A DNA stretch of 64,000 bases from Amoebidium appalachense (GCA_963693365.1 CAVNZM010000002.1:682001-746000), one strand, 5' to 3'. Positions 25,661 through 53,195 are shown, counted from the first letter of the stretch. Made by a program: numbers and translations. The notes: generated by a model not told the origin, from the letters alone.

Positions 25661-26418
25661 GCCGCTACATCCACACAACAATGTTTGCGCAAACGCCAGC
25701 TCTATGAAGCAGACTCAGACTGCCTGTTCCTCTGTTCGCATCGGCGACCCCCCAAAAAAAAACTTCAAAGAAGACGCAAACAAAGCCTTGAAAAGACTGG
25801 AAGTCACCCATCATCAGTGCTGTTGAAAAGATATCCCACGAATAAAGAAAACACAATAATACCTTAAAGCGCACAACTTCTTTAATTATGGTTGCAACCA
25901 ACTTTGACGTTAATAGTCTAGAATCTGGCCACACAGAGGTTTTATACGCATAGACGTATTGCTCGTTGTCTATATGTGGCACGTTTTCACACTTAAGTTA
26001 AAGCCTTTCTACTGTAGCTGTTTTCTTGTTCTACGGGCTCATATTCTAGGACATGCGCCGCGTAGCTGGTTGGCCGGTGTGTGCTGGGGAAAGGCAGTTC
26101 TGCCAAGCAAGGTGTGCTTTTTGTGTGTGTGGGTTTATGGCTTGCGCGTTTGTCCCTGCATATTGTGTGCCTCTGCGTGTGTTGGGGGTGTATGCATGAA
26201 TAGTGTGTATTCTAATGTGTGCTTCATTTTTTGTGTAAGGCAGTGTCTGCAGCTACTCACACCTCTCCCCCTCTCTCTCTCCCTCTCTCCCTCTCTCTCT
26301 TTCCCTCCCGCCCTCCCCCTCTCCCTTCCTCTCTCCCTCTCTCTGTCTCTCTCCCCCCCCCCCCTCTCTCTCTCTTTGTGTGTGTGAGTGTGTGAGTGAG
26401 TGAGTGTGTGTGTGTCTG

Positions 26419-26489
<71 letters not shown>

Positions 26490-27240
26490 CATCCCTTCTT
26501 CCTTGTCTTCCTCCTCCCCCCTTCCTCCCCCCCTCCCCCCCCCCCCCCCCAGTGCCTCCCTCCCTTCTTCCTTCCCTCCCGCTGTCCCTTCACCCACCCT
26601 CCCCTCCCCTTTCCCCCTCCCTCCCCTCTTCCTTCCCCAACCCTCTCGGTCTCTCTTCTAAACCCCGTCCCCTCCCTCCCTTCTTCCTTCCTCCCTCTCC
26701 TCTGCTTTTCCTGTGTGGGTATGTGTGTTGCTGTGTGTGCTGTATGATTTGTGTTTTATATGTACACACGCTCGAGTGTGTGTGTGCATGCATTTCTGTG
26801 TTCGACTTCTGGTGTGTGTCACAGGTCGCTGTGTTCATGTGTCTACATCTCTTGTCTACTTGCTATAAAGGTGTTCTTGTATCTGCACACGTGCAGGTAG
26901 GAACGAGATCCAAGTGGGAAGCCATCTCATGAATCTGCTAGTTAGTGCAGACTCTTTGGTGTGATTTCATGTTTCTGTTTGTGACTTAGCTCCCTGCCTC
27001 TACCCAGTCAAGAGCAGCATGCGTGCCTCTGGACCCCCGCTCCACTCCCCAGGAAAAAAAAAAAAGAAAGAAAGGCAAAAAAAAAAAAAAAAAAAGAAAC
27101 CTCACATCGTCCCCCACCTTTCGTCTTTCTCACGCTTTCCTGCAAGTGCCTATTTTTGATATATTCTCCATGTTCTTGAAATCACAAAAGAAACCGATAC
27201 TTACAAGAGCAATTTAAGGCACTTTTCACACCGTGTCACT

Positions 27241-32913
<5,673 letters not shown>

Positions 32914-34806
32914 CCGCAGCTGCATGCATGCTTGCACACAGCCTATATACACACACAAGTATAGGGATTCATGTCCGGATCCATACACACCCCTTTCACG
33001 CACAGTAAAGTAAGGGTACTTTGATACATGGCGGCACACACACACTGTGACACGAGCACACATAAAACAAAGCTCACGCACGCGCGAACAGAATCTGAAC
33101 GGTACAAAAACAGGCACACATTTGGACAATTGCAAGAGCAAGAGCATGCACTCATTTAATGGGGAAGTGTGGCACATGCAAGTTTGTGGGCTGCAGCCAA
33201 TAGAAGGGCCATGGTGAGCCTGCATTGAAACATGGAACACATCCTGCTGTTGTAATTGGATTTGTATTCATGTAGCTATATTGACGAACAAACAAACTTG
33301 AGTACCCTTTTTAGTGATCTCAGCCATCACCAAAGCACATCAAGATGATCATGCAGGCAGATGAGCAGACGAACAGACGGTTGACAAAACGTCATGAACA
33401 AGATATGCGTCCTATAGTGTTGGTATTTAGAAGACAAAATGAGAGCTAGACTGTGAAACAATAAAATCGTATTAATTATAAAGATGTAACCTTTCAGTTG
33501 ACGACACGTCGCAAAAAGTCGTCCTCCTGTGGGCAGCGGCCACTGAGATTACTGTGAAAAATTCCACAGGGTAATGTTGGGATTACGTAACCCTGACGGG
33601 GGCAAATCAGTTCATGTGATTGACATCAAGTTGTCCTTTACTTCAGTGGCTCATTCAGTCATTTATAGATGTAGTTCGCTCTTTTTCTTCGCTTATTTTT
33701 AATTTTTGCTTTGATTTGCTAAACTAAATCACGTTTATTTTGTTGATTACACACATGCAAATGAGCAGTCCGTGAGCCAAGTCCCCCAAAGATGTGCAGA
33801 TAGGGAGCCAATCATTTAGCTTATTGATCGCGTGTCATGATTGGTCTCTAGCGATTACGTAGCATGATGTGCCACCAGTCACAAAATTCTATGACTGCCC
33901 CCAACACCGGCATCCCTTGTCGCAGGGTCTGAGGCTGGTTTAGAGAATGAATTACAATATAAATAAAAAAACTATGTCTAAAATTCTTAATTAAATTAAA
34001 AAGCTACGTTATATTTTTGTGCTGAAATGAGAACGATTATTTGATAAGCTGGGGTTCTTGGACTTTCCTTTGTTTTGCCCCTCTCCGCAAATTCCCGAAT
34101 TCTGTGGGCTGTGGCTGACTGGCAACTGCTCTTCGCCATAGCACCTCAGCGATTGGTTTGTGGTTTTGGCGCGATTTGCAAGGGATCAGATAAGCACATA
34201 CAGAAACTTGCTACTTTTCCTATCAATACTCATACTAGTTCTATATAGTAATATGATAAATTGTTTAAATAATATTAGATACTTTTTTTTCAACGTCTAA
34301 GGGAAACTCTAAATAAGTGACAGCTGTTGACGGTGGTAGCGCTTCTGAGCTGGCGCACCTGAAAGGCTGATGATTGGCTACTAATCGCAGCAGTGTCATA
34401 GCGATAACTCTACCGTATATTGCACAAGCGCGCCCCGTCTTGGACATTTGTCCCATTTCAATGAGCGTGCAGTCTTCATGCCCTCATTTTGCACAGCTTT
34501 CATCCATTGAAGTTCCCAACAAAAGGCGCAAGCAAAGGAATTATGGTCAGACAGTTGGCACTGTTGAGAGCAAACACGAAAAACATTGTACTGAGGTCGT
34601 TCTATTCGATATCATTCTAGTTTGAAAGGTGAAAGGTGATTTGTAATTTTGAAATTGGCACATTGCAGTGAGTCCCAACCATTGAAGATCTTGGATCTAA
34701 GTAGAAAACATTGCACACTAAGGAAGTGCAAGGAGTAAAAAAATTGCGAATGTCTTTTTTGGGTGGCGCATCCACCATCCCACCTCTTAGCGTCCACTTT
34801 CCGACC

Positions 34807-35471
34807 ATGCAAATGGACTCGAAGTTTGAGGTGGGGGAGTTTCTTCCCGGGTTGGACGGTGATGACATAGTAAATTATGAGCTGTTTGATGATGCTGTAA
34901 TCAACGGGGACAGTATTGCGGCGTATTTTGGAGAGAGTGGGCAGCAGAATGGCGAGCACAAGAAGGCAGACCACAGAGACGCGGAAGGCAAGTCAAATTC
35001 TTTTGTAGAGTTGTGTGAAAAACGTGAGTGCGAACGTGCACAATTTAATTTGATCAATTGCCAGACGGTAGTTTTATGTCCCACCGTTGTTGCTTAGCAA
35101 AAAAAAAAATTATGCCATTGCGAGACACTCTCGTAATGTGTGTGGCATTTTGTTGCTTGTGTCCTTGTTCTTTTCACGTTACATGTTAAATTCTGTGTGT
35201 CCTGCTTGTAGATAGTTCGTGCTAACGTTCTGAATGTGAGGCACAAGTCATTTCGTTCCTATCTTCGTGGTTGTGCTCTGGTTCAATGCCGTTCGTCTTT
35301 TGCTGCCTTTTTTTTTTTTCGAGGTGTTGTGGAGATTAGTGTTGTTGAGATTTGTGCGCACGAATAAGGCGAAATGCTTGGTTTTGGCCTGCACAATGCT
35401 ATTTTAGTGTAATTGTGATTGTTATGTGGTTGTTTTGCCTTGTTTTGATACATCAAATCTATCCTGTTCGT

Positions 35472-35502
<31 letters not shown>

Positions 35503-35985
35503 CGCGCGCTCGCTGGCGTGGGTTCGTGTGCACACGTGTGTGTGTATGCGTGTGCGCACACACAGCCTGCCTCAGTGTGTCCTAATCGCCCATTGGTGTG
35601 ACTTTCTGTAATCGTGTGTTTGTCTTTTTATTTGCGCTCGTCGCAGTGTCCTTTTTTCTCTGTCCGTTTACCACGATACTAAATGTGCATATGGTTTGCG
35701 AATAGTGCTCTTCAATGTTATTGGCACTCACACTAACGCTCGTATCCTAAGCAGAGATGATGACGGTCAACCCTGCTGACGTGCTTGGCCCCCACCCCTC
35801 CACGCTGACTGGTGTCACAAGTTGCAGTGAGTTGATTTCTGTTGCTGACGATGTGCCCGAACTGGATGTGGACGATGGAACACACAGATCCGTACAATGT
35901 ACGTGGGAAATGCTCTGAAATCTGCTCCCCCCCCCCCCCCCCCCCTTCGTCACACACACACCACACAGACACGCACACACACACA

Positions 35986-36030
<45 letters not shown>

Positions 36031-36206
36031 TCACCGTACAATCACAAGCACTGTGGCTCACGACAGCGCAGACATGCACACTCTCGCATGTGAGCACTGT
36101 GATGTACGCTTGCCACTCATAAACCGTGACACACACAAGCCCACACGCAAAGCAAAACAAGAAGAAACAACGAAGAAGACATTTTTTTAGAAATAAGCTC
36201 TCACAA

Positions 36207-36252
<46 letters not shown>

Positions 36253-36804
36253 ACCCCCCCACACACACACACACACACACACACGTTGTTTTCCTGTTTG
36301 TACCATGGGCACATGGTATATTAAGGGTCTTTTTGGTGGTTTATTTGTTGGAATGGGACCTTCACTCACTTTTTATGCCACCCTACAGTGCCGACACATC
36401 CGCCACCCCCAGCACCCATCAAGCACGAGCCAGCACCCATGCCCAGGCCACCCACTAGTGTGTCAGCCCAGACACCGACACGCACACCTCGCCACTCCCT
36501 CAAGGCACAACCACCACTACCACCACTCCCATCAACTGTTTTGGCTGCAGCCGGCATTACAAAACGAAAGAGGAGAAAGGGAGCAGATGACGAGGGAACT
36601 AGGAGAGAGAAAAATAGACTCAGCGCAAAGGAGTGTAGAAGGCGAAAGAAGGAATATCTGGAGGGGTTGGAGGGCCAGTTGAGTGACGTCATCATGGAGA
36701 ACAACCAATTGAAAAAGGCCGTGGCTGAGGAGCAGAAGAAAAACAAGGCACTGGCTAAGGAGGCGGCGGAGTTGAAGAGGCAGGTCAAGACGCTCAAGGG
36801 CTAA
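34807..36804 (+). CDS. bZIP transcription factor, CREB/ATF-like, 3 exons, ~246 aa
   Basis: Exons 34807-34987 (GC donor, tentative), 35755-35898, 36389-36804. Basic region RREKNRLSAKECRRRKKEYLEGLE followed by a heptad zipper; acidic N-terminus. The last exon is secure, the 5' exons less so. Confidence 0.85.
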
Positions 36805-37790
36805 TCGAATGGATGAATGGTCACGTGCCTTTGGCAGATTTTTATTGGACGCTGAGTTTTCCCTCCGGTATTTCAAGAGTTTCCCTTTCGTAATACCAAT
36901 CTTGCTCTCGTATATATTGCCTAGTGATGTATATCAATCACTTTTTGTTGCCAGCATTACTAGTCGGTAACTTGTACATATAGTGCGCATATATGAACTT
37001 GAAAAAGGAGGCATCATTTGTGCGCTAGCGCTGGTACTATGTAGTGTTTCCTTTTCCTATTTTAGTATGTAGTGTGTGGTTGTATACGTATGCATGACCC
37101 CCGTATGTATTGTGGGTGTTGGTGCATAGATTGGACAACCATACAAGAAACAACAGAAAAACAAGAAAGGCCGGATGAGTAGTTCTGGCGTAGGTTGAAT
37201 AGACGGTAAAATAATAATTATAAATCGTGACACAGAGATTTTTGAAAACATGTATTGGAGTGCTGTGGTACACGTGCACCTATGATGAATAATGACAAAG
37301 TGAAAAACAGGCGAGCAAGCTCGCAAGCTTTATTTTCCCCGTGTTCATAGAAACCATATGCGCATATCATATGCAGATGTGACATGCCCATTGTGTAGTA
37401 AAGGTTTTTTGTGTGTCTGTTCAACCACCCACATTCAAGCATTAGTGGAGGAATTCTCGATGCATGTATAGACGTACGGTAGCCGAGTCCGGGAAAAACT
37501 TTCATGATAGGTAGATAATATCTTCACATAAATTCTAAATACAAAATGCATGTCAAGTTTTGTGTTTTGCGCGTGGTTAGAGCGCTAATACGAGCTCAGG
37601 ACTCGACAGTGTTGTCAGGAAAAGGACCTGGGTTGAGGGATTCCCGGAATAAGAGTTGAAAATGACGGGGGCCGTGACCAATTGATAGGCCAAGAAGTTG
37701 TTTGTATGTGCACTGCTAATACACAATAAGAGCGCCATGGCCGTGCGACGGGCTGAACACAGTCCCCCTCGGGCGGGCCCCTCAGGCCCG

Positions 37791-37844
<54 letters not shown>

Positions 37845-37975
37845 CCCCCAACCCCTCAGGCTGCACACGTGTGCGCACGTCGTGGCACGTACAAACGCGG
37901 ACGTGTACATACACACGTACACGTGCACACATACGCACGCACATGTACACGCATGCACATGTACACACACACCAT

Positions 37976-38031
<56 letters not shown>

Positions 38032-38175
38032 AAGCCACCAAGTTCTACGTCCACGCACTCTCATGATGGATTGCCACCTTAGGCCTGGCCTCACATGGCC
38101 ACCCCCAGGGGATGATGCCTCGTTCATATCATATCAGCCAGAATATTGATATATTCGAGGCCTTCTGCGCTGCAT

Positions 38176-38214
38176 CTGATTGGCTTTCTACGCACCACTC
38201 CCCAGCTATATAAA
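38176..38214 (+). promoter_or_regulatory. Inverted CCAAT box plus TATA box upstream of the KIAA1143-like gene
   Basis: CTGATTGGCT at 38176-38185 and TATATAAA at 38207-38214, ~240 bp upstream of the ATG. Confidence 0.45.
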
Positions 38215-38451
38215 CGGGCTGCGCTTCTCACTTCTGAGGTCACGCATACTACAAAAAAAAAATAAAAAAATACTTGAGGTTTTGTTTGCAGACTTTTGTG
38301 CTCTGCACGAGTAAAGTATTTGCAATAGACCGTGAAAATCACGTCGAAGCACAGTGCCAGGCATTTGATTTCTACAAGCCTACAAGCAGGAAGAATAATT
38401 GAAAGCGACGGCCTGAAAACGATCAAAAATTTAACATAATCACCTTCCAGC

Positions 38452-39001
38452 ATGTCTAAGCGGGGAGGGAGAGGGGGCGGACCTAACCGCCACCAGATAA
38501 CAAACTTGGAGTTCATAAAGCCGGTACGTGTGGTGCGTTTTGATCTGCAGGCGAAGCTGTGTCTTAGTGTAAATGTTCTCTCATCTCCTTTGATGCTTAC
38601 CCCCGCATATAAACTGCACATGCATTCTTGGTTCTATCCCTTTATACTCAGTGGGGTGTTTGCAGTTGCAGGCTCTTCGTTTAGCATTCTTTACGCTCTG
38701 TCTTCATGAGACTTTCCCTCCCTCCTTGGTCATCGTCTTTTTAATTGCTTCTTAGCCGCTTTAGTTTTTTGCCTGTTGGTCTGCCCCTGTTCTTGCTCCT
38801 TCCAACTCTCTTTGCCCCCTCCCCCCCCCCCCCCCCCCCTCTCCCCCCCTTCCCCCCCTCTCCGCTCATCACCACCACCACCACCACCACTGTCACAAAC
38901 ACATACAGTTATTTTTTGGTTTATTAGTCCGCTCATTCCCTCCACCTTCACCCCTTGGCCCCCTCAGTCCCCCATGTGCTCCTATTCCCACAAAGTGCTC
39001 C

Positions 39002-39051
<50 letters not shown>

Positions 39052-39450
39052 ACACTCAATTCCCACCCAACCCCCCAACCCACATTGCTCCTCTCAGCCC
39101 TTTCTCCTTCCACTCCAAAGTTTACATGTTGTGCCCTCCGTTCACACGCATTGTCGTGTTGTGTGTTTTTAATATCCCCCCCCCCCCTACCACCACCACC
39201 ACCACCACCACCACCACCACCACCCCACCCCCACCACCTTCCCTCCCCCCCCCCCCCCCCCCCCCCCCCCCAGATGCCCAAGTTTCTTCAGGGCATGAAG
39301 AGTGAGGAGCCCAAACTGGACGATAAATTTGCGCAAGCAGACTTTGAAGGCGAAGACAGGCCGGAGAGAGAGGATGAGGTTGGTGGCACTGCCCCCTCCC
39401 CGCCCCCCCCCCCCCTCCCACCTCCCATCCTTACCCAACTACCCACCGTT

Positions 39451-39511
<61 letters not shown>

Positions 39512-39641
39512 GACACAGACACCAAAAAAAAAGGTCGGGGGGGGGGGGGGGGGGGATGGGGACCATAAATTTTTTTGGAGAGAAAATGGGAAACGGGAAC
39601 AGTATCCTTCTGATGATAAACCGTGTTTCAGGGGGAATTCC

Positions 39642-39681
<40 letters not shown>

Positions 39682-40261
39682 CCGGGCAGCCCCCACCACC
39701 ACCACCTTCTTTCCTTCTTTCTCTGATTCCCGTGGTGCTACCGGCCAATGCAACCCCACCCCCCACCCCCTCTCTGGCGCAAAGCAAACCCTTTCCCCTT
39801 TTACAATATTACCTGGGAAAATACAGCCTATGGTGAAACCACTACAGATAGATTATACCTTTAAAGGAGAAAGAGGCTTAAAGGAAGTGTGAGCGAGCAA
39901 TTAAATGAGAGGGGAGACAGGGACAGGGGAGAATGTGTACGTGTGTTTTCACATGACTATTCACACACAACACGTGCATGGGGAAGTACACAGAGGGTCC
40001 GTGCAGACGGCACACGTACACACACCTTTGTATGAAATTCACATATTGACTCTCTTTCTTTATTCATTATGAAGACTCACAGGAATTTTCGCACGGATGC
40101 ATTCACACACACACACACACACACATACACACAAATGGACACACACACACGCACACACACACACACACACGCACACACGAATGCACACACACACACACAC
40201 ACGTACACACACACACACACGTACACACACGCACACACACACGTACACACACGCACACACG

Positions 40262-40292
<31 letters not shown>

Positions 40293-40594
40293 ACACACGT
40301 ACACAGGCCCCACAAGTTGTTGTTCTTTCAGCAGGAGATCTGACTGCAGAGGAAGTGGAATCGCTCAAAACAGGCGTCCAATTGAAGAAAAAGGACCAAT
40401 CAGATGGTGAGGATGATGACCGAAAAAGGAAAGCGGAAGATGACGAACCAGATGACGGGACGGTAAAATTCCGGAAACCGAAAACGAAAAAAGACGAAAA
40501 AGAAAAAGACAAAAAGAAGAAGGGGGTGACCAAGAGTATTCGGGCGGAAAAGAATAAGTCTTTGTTGTCTTTTGGGGACGAAGAGGAGGAATGA
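38452..40594 (+). CDS. KIAA1143: KIAA1143 homolog (DUF4604), 3 exons, 154 aa
   Basis: Exons 38452-38523, 39274-39378, 40307-40594 (465 nt). Family motifs [28 protein letters not shown] and terminal [11 protein letters not shown]. Confidence 0.88.
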
Positions 40595-41663
40595 ACATAA
40601 AACATAGACTCACTAACAACATAGATGTGTCCACGCGCAATAGGGTCGCCTGTCCGATAAATTTCCCTGTTGATCATTTTATGTATTAAGCAGTGTTGCA
40701 GAATGTGATAGTATAATTTTGGGTTTGGCACACACGTGTTTGCATGCGTCTCCCGGTGGACGGCAGATGGGGTGGGGTTGGGGGGGGGGGGGGGGGGGGG
40801 GGGGGGCATAAGCTGCATACAAAGGATGAATTGTGTTCATGGGAGAGTGCCCCTTAAAACAGCAAGGTGCCGCCTAAATTTATTTTTTGTTCTACGAGCA
40901 GGTGTGCAATATGCACACTGCAAATCATCTTTCTCATACATAGGTGCGCCGGTACTGGCTACCGCGCCGAGCCAAACTGACCAATAACATCACAGAAGAT
41001 GAAATTTTGACATATGATCCCCCCCCCCCCCCCCCCCCCCCCTCTTGAGGATGGGTTCTGCTTATGTTGCGTACTGCGCGTGTTGCTCACTTTGCACCCA
41101 CGAATGAACTACTAAGTTGTGTACATGGAAACTATTGCTTGTTACTCGAAGCACAGAGACCGCAGGTACTTGGTGTTAATCTAGGGCAATACCATACAGA
41201 CCAAAGCTTTTGGCTATCAAACCGTTAGGTTCGTGGCCATTTTTCTTTTTTCCCTTTCCTTTTTTTTGTACATCTGTACAGATAGAAACAGAGAAGAAGT
41301 TCAACCGTGCTGACTGCGACTTATAACATCCGGTCAATATAGATTTACAGCTATCTGAGGTCCTATCAGGTCAAAATAATAAAATTCATAATTTAAAATT
41401 CCTGTGCACATGTTAGTGTGTGGTGGGACCAGCCAACACCAATTTTAACTGTAGTGGGGACACAAACCCCAACTAGCCATTTTCATTGGCTCAGAAATCT
41501 TTTGCACATTGCATTATTCAAACCAAAACCGATCCAACGATCGAATCGCCACAAATCAGCTTTCGAATTAATTTATGTGCCGATTAGAATAATAGCCGAC
41601 GCATATAATATAGAACTCTTAAGATTGTTTCCGAAATTGGGTGTTTCCACAGTTGGTTCCTCT

Positions 41664-49241
<7,578 letters not shown>

Positions 49242-49688
49242 GTTGACTGCCGTCCCATGGGGAAAGAATTGTGTCTGAGTGATGTTAGGTATGATAAAGG
49301 GCCGGGAGTAGAAAAACAGGAAGTAGCACCTGCTCTATTGTATTATAGATCTCTAATATCCGCAAGATCCCATACCTGCACTCTGAAAGACAAACTTTCG
49401 TTATGGTTGGTGTGCAGGTTATGCTACCAAGGAACAGGCTGTGTGTGTGTGTGTGATAGCCCCGTTCATTGCCCCGTTCATTGAGACAGTTCGGTCACGT
49501 AGATTGCAGTGTTCATACCCTCTAAGAATAGGGGAGGCTATGATCTGCCCGAATCAGAAAGAAACCCGTTGAAGAAAACGTAAAACGTTGTTTGGTGCGA
49601 CTGTATACCAACGAAAAAAAACATCTTAATAATATAAGGTCCATAAATTGGAGCACCGCGAAAGTTCCGTAGATTTCCGTAGGTACCC

Positions 49689-50180
49689 AAACTCCAATTG
49701 CAGATTCGTCACTTCTGTATCCAGAATTTTTTAAACAATTTACCCTTATTTTCCCTTATAAACTTGTTAATTACAATTTAAGAATTCTATAAACCCTAAT
49801 TCTAATCTGTTTAAACTCCTATTTTCAGACTCGTCACGTCTGTATCAAGAAATTTAAAACAATTTACCCTTATTTTCCCTTATAAACTTGTTAATTACAA
49901 TTTAAAATTCTTATTAATTTCCTAAATTCAAATTATGATCTGTTTAAACCCCAATTGCAGATTCGTCACTTCTGTATCCAGAATTTTTTTAAACAATTTA
50001 CCCTTATTTTCCCTTATAAACTTGTTAATTACAATTTAAGAATTCTATAAACCCTAATTCTAATCTGTTTAAACTCCTATTTTCAGACTCGTCACGTCTG
50101 TATCAAGAAATTTTAAAACAATTTACCCTTATTTTCCCTTATAAATATGTTAATTACAATTTAAGAATCTTATTGCCTCC
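49689..50180. repeat. AT-rich tandem repeat, ~125-133 bp monomers in A-B-A-B order (period ~257 bp)
   Basis: Monomer starts at 49689, 49813, 49946, 50071. Shared core AAACAATTTACCCTTATTTTCCCTTATAAA. Confidence 0.92.
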
Positions 50181-50675
50181 ATAAAATCCAATTGCTCATC
50201 TGCTAAAATTACAATTTTCAAGGTCGTCACTCCGAAAAATCGATTTTTACCACTTTCTGGATTTAGGATTTTTATTTTCATCTTATATCCTGACGGAAGC
50301 TTGGAATAGAAGTAGAGAGGAGGGGGCGAGAGGAAGGAAGGTGTCCCCCTGCCAGTACAGCTAACCCAAATACCCAAGCCCAAACCCAGATTCCTAGATG
50401 ATTCTCGGATTTGATCCTCGAATATGGCCCAACCTCGGTCGAAGCGTGTATGTCAAGCTCGAGGATTTCAAAGGCCACGCCGGAGCCATGTCATACGTAT
50501 CCTTGATTGAATCGTCCTCAGTCGTATGCATGTGACTGGTTTGTGTACCATGATGTTGGCGCGTGACGTCCGTGGTTTATGTACATGGACCGTCTACAAT
50601 GGAGTCCACGAGTGCACTGGCCGGCCTTTTGAAGGCGTCACGTGTAGAACATGTACACTGGTCTCCTGCCATGGC

Positions 50676-50739
<64 letters not shown>

Positions 50740-51058
50740 CCCCTGCCCGCTAAACAATCCCCTCCCCCCCCCTGCCCCCCCCCCCCCCCCCCCCCCTCCC
50801 CCCCCCCCCGTCAGGGCCCCCGGCCAGCCCCCCTCCCCCCTCCCCCCTCCCCCCCTCCCTAGCTTCCCCCCCCCCCCCCCCCCCCCCCCCGGGCCGGCCG
50901 GCCCCCCTGCCCGGCCACATGTACATGTCACCATATCATGGCATATGGTCCCGTGACAAGTAGGACTGTTCTGAACATGTACATGTGACATTAATGTTGG
51001 CCCACACTATAATTAGTACATGATCACTGCTCTGCCTGTAGCTACGAGTCAGGTTGAA

Positions 51059-51117
<59 letters not shown>

Positions 51118-51195
51118 CCCCCCCCCCCCCCCCCCCCCCCCTCCCTCCCTCCCTCCCTCCCTCCCTCTCCCCTCTCTCTCTCTCTCTCTCTCTCT

Positions 51196-51272
<77 letters not shown>

Positions 51273-51574
51273 TCGGGCTCACTCTCTCATGATCACTGTC
51301 ACTGACTCACTGTACATGTACAATGTACATGTCCAGCTGCTGTCACATGTATTACTGTACCGTGACATGTGCATAAACGTTAACTAATATTTTTTCTGCG
51401 TCCCAAAAAAAATTCCCGCCAAAGATTTGTGTGCAGTGTCACTGGCCATGGCGTGCATACTCGTCGATTGTTTCAAAATTTGCTCATCATCCATAACAAA
51501 ACAGTAAAAAAAATGAATATGTGTGCAATGGTCGATATTGTTTCTCAATTGATATTGACATAAATTATCTCGGT

Positions 51575-51701
51575 CAACGGGTGGTTCTCGAAATTTGAAA
51601 ATCTCGAAAAATTACACGCACCCTTCCCCGCTCGCGATTGGCGCGAATTTGCCACGAATTCTCTCTCCCTCTCTCTCCCTCTCTCTCCCGCTCTCTCCCT
51701 C

Positions 51702-51735
<34 letters not shown>

Positions 51736-52060
51736 AGATCTCGTATCTTCTTTTCGGTCTCGTGCTCGCTCGCAACGGGTGGTTCTCGAATTTTGAAAAT
51801 CTCGAAAAATTACACGTGCACCCTTCCCCGCTGGCGATTGGCGCGAATTTGCCACGAATTCTCTCTTCCTCTCTCTCCCTCTCTCTCCCTCCCTCTCTGT
51901 CTCTCTCTCTCTCTCGATCTCTCTCTCTCTCTCTCAGATCTCGTGTATATCTTCTTTTTCGGTCTCGTGCTCGCTCGCAACGGGTGGTTCTCGAAATTTT
52001 GAAAATCTCGAAAAATTACACGCACCCTTCCCCGGTCGCGATTGGCCGCGAATTTGCCAG
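51575..52060. repeat. ~200-bp tandem repeat, 2.4 copies, with an internal variable (CT)n
   Basis: CAACGGGTGGTTCTCGAA..GAAAATCTCGAAAAATTACACG..GCGATTGGCGCGAATTTGCCA at 51575, 51773, 51978. Confidence 0.92.
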
Positions 52061-53107
52061 TAAATTGCCGGAGCTCGAGCCAAGATTCCCATCAGACACT
52101 CCCGTCGTGGCTCCCCGAGGTGACCAAGACAAATAGAAGCAGAAATGCAAGTACCGAGGTATTTTTCCTATTATTGTCCTAAGTAAATAGTATCTGTCTC
52201 TGATCAGAAAACCCCCAGTGAATTCGCCAGTAGGTTTCCTTCGAAAAATGACACGCACCTGACCTTGGTCGATGAAAGAATCACACGTACATAGTCTGTG
52301 GTGGGCACTGGTGGCATTTAACGCGCTGCTGACCCAATCTTGTGTTGGATAATGGGCCCTTAGTACTCCAAAAGTGTCGGGGGGCGAGGAAAACGGCAAC
52401 CCATTATGATAGCTCCTCACCTCTCCCCTCTTTCCTCACCTCTCCCCTCTTTCCTCACCTCTCCCCTCTTTCCTTCCCTCTCTCTCCCCTTCTCCCCTGG
52501 GCACAAATACAAATAAACCCCGCAAAAGTGTGTGTGTGACTTTGGACTGCCACTTACTTATTAAACATGTACACAATCACAAGATAATCACGCAATTTAA
52601 CAAATGGAAAAAGATACCACACGACACTAGACCCGATGAAAGCAGACACCTTGAAAAACTAAGCCTTATTCATGATGTCTCGTTTTATATATACTGACCG
52701 CCTCAACCATATTGCCAAATATGGCACTCGCAAATGTATAACACCTAAATACATATTACCTTCCTTGTAGAACTGGTCTTTCTCTAGCTGATGGTATTAT
52801 TGATCAACTACCACGCTTTTACTGTACACGTGCCATACAGTGGAGATCTAATAAGTATAAGGTGGCATCGTTTGCATGCCCAAACAACACACACACACAC
52901 CAGTTTAAACGGTCATGTATCGCCAAATGTAGTTTGATAGACCACATAATACCGCAACACACACACGTCACATTCACCACAGACACCCAGAAAGATAGCC
53001 TACCTGTAAATTACAACATCCTTGATTTTATACTAAACACGCGTAACTACGACCTGTTTATTAGATGTATTGATTGGCTTGAGAAACACATCACTACAAA
53101 ATTCTAG

Positions 53108-53164
<57 letters not shown>

Positions 53165-53195
53165 CCAGCTGATACCGAGTGTCCCAGGGGAGCCC

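Noticed and set aside
37568-37650. tRNA or tRNA-derived SINE head (TGGTTAGAGCG...GGGTTGAGGGATTCCCGG)
   Set aside because: No cloverleaf and a broken B-box; too degenerate to call.
49689-52060. CRISPR-like arrays (also 63530-63657)
   Set aside because: Units are contiguous tandem repeats without unique spacers; eukaryotic context, no cas genes.
52016-52420. 134-aa minus-strand ORF
   Set aside because: No recognisable motif, non-ATG start, and it runs into a tandem repeat.
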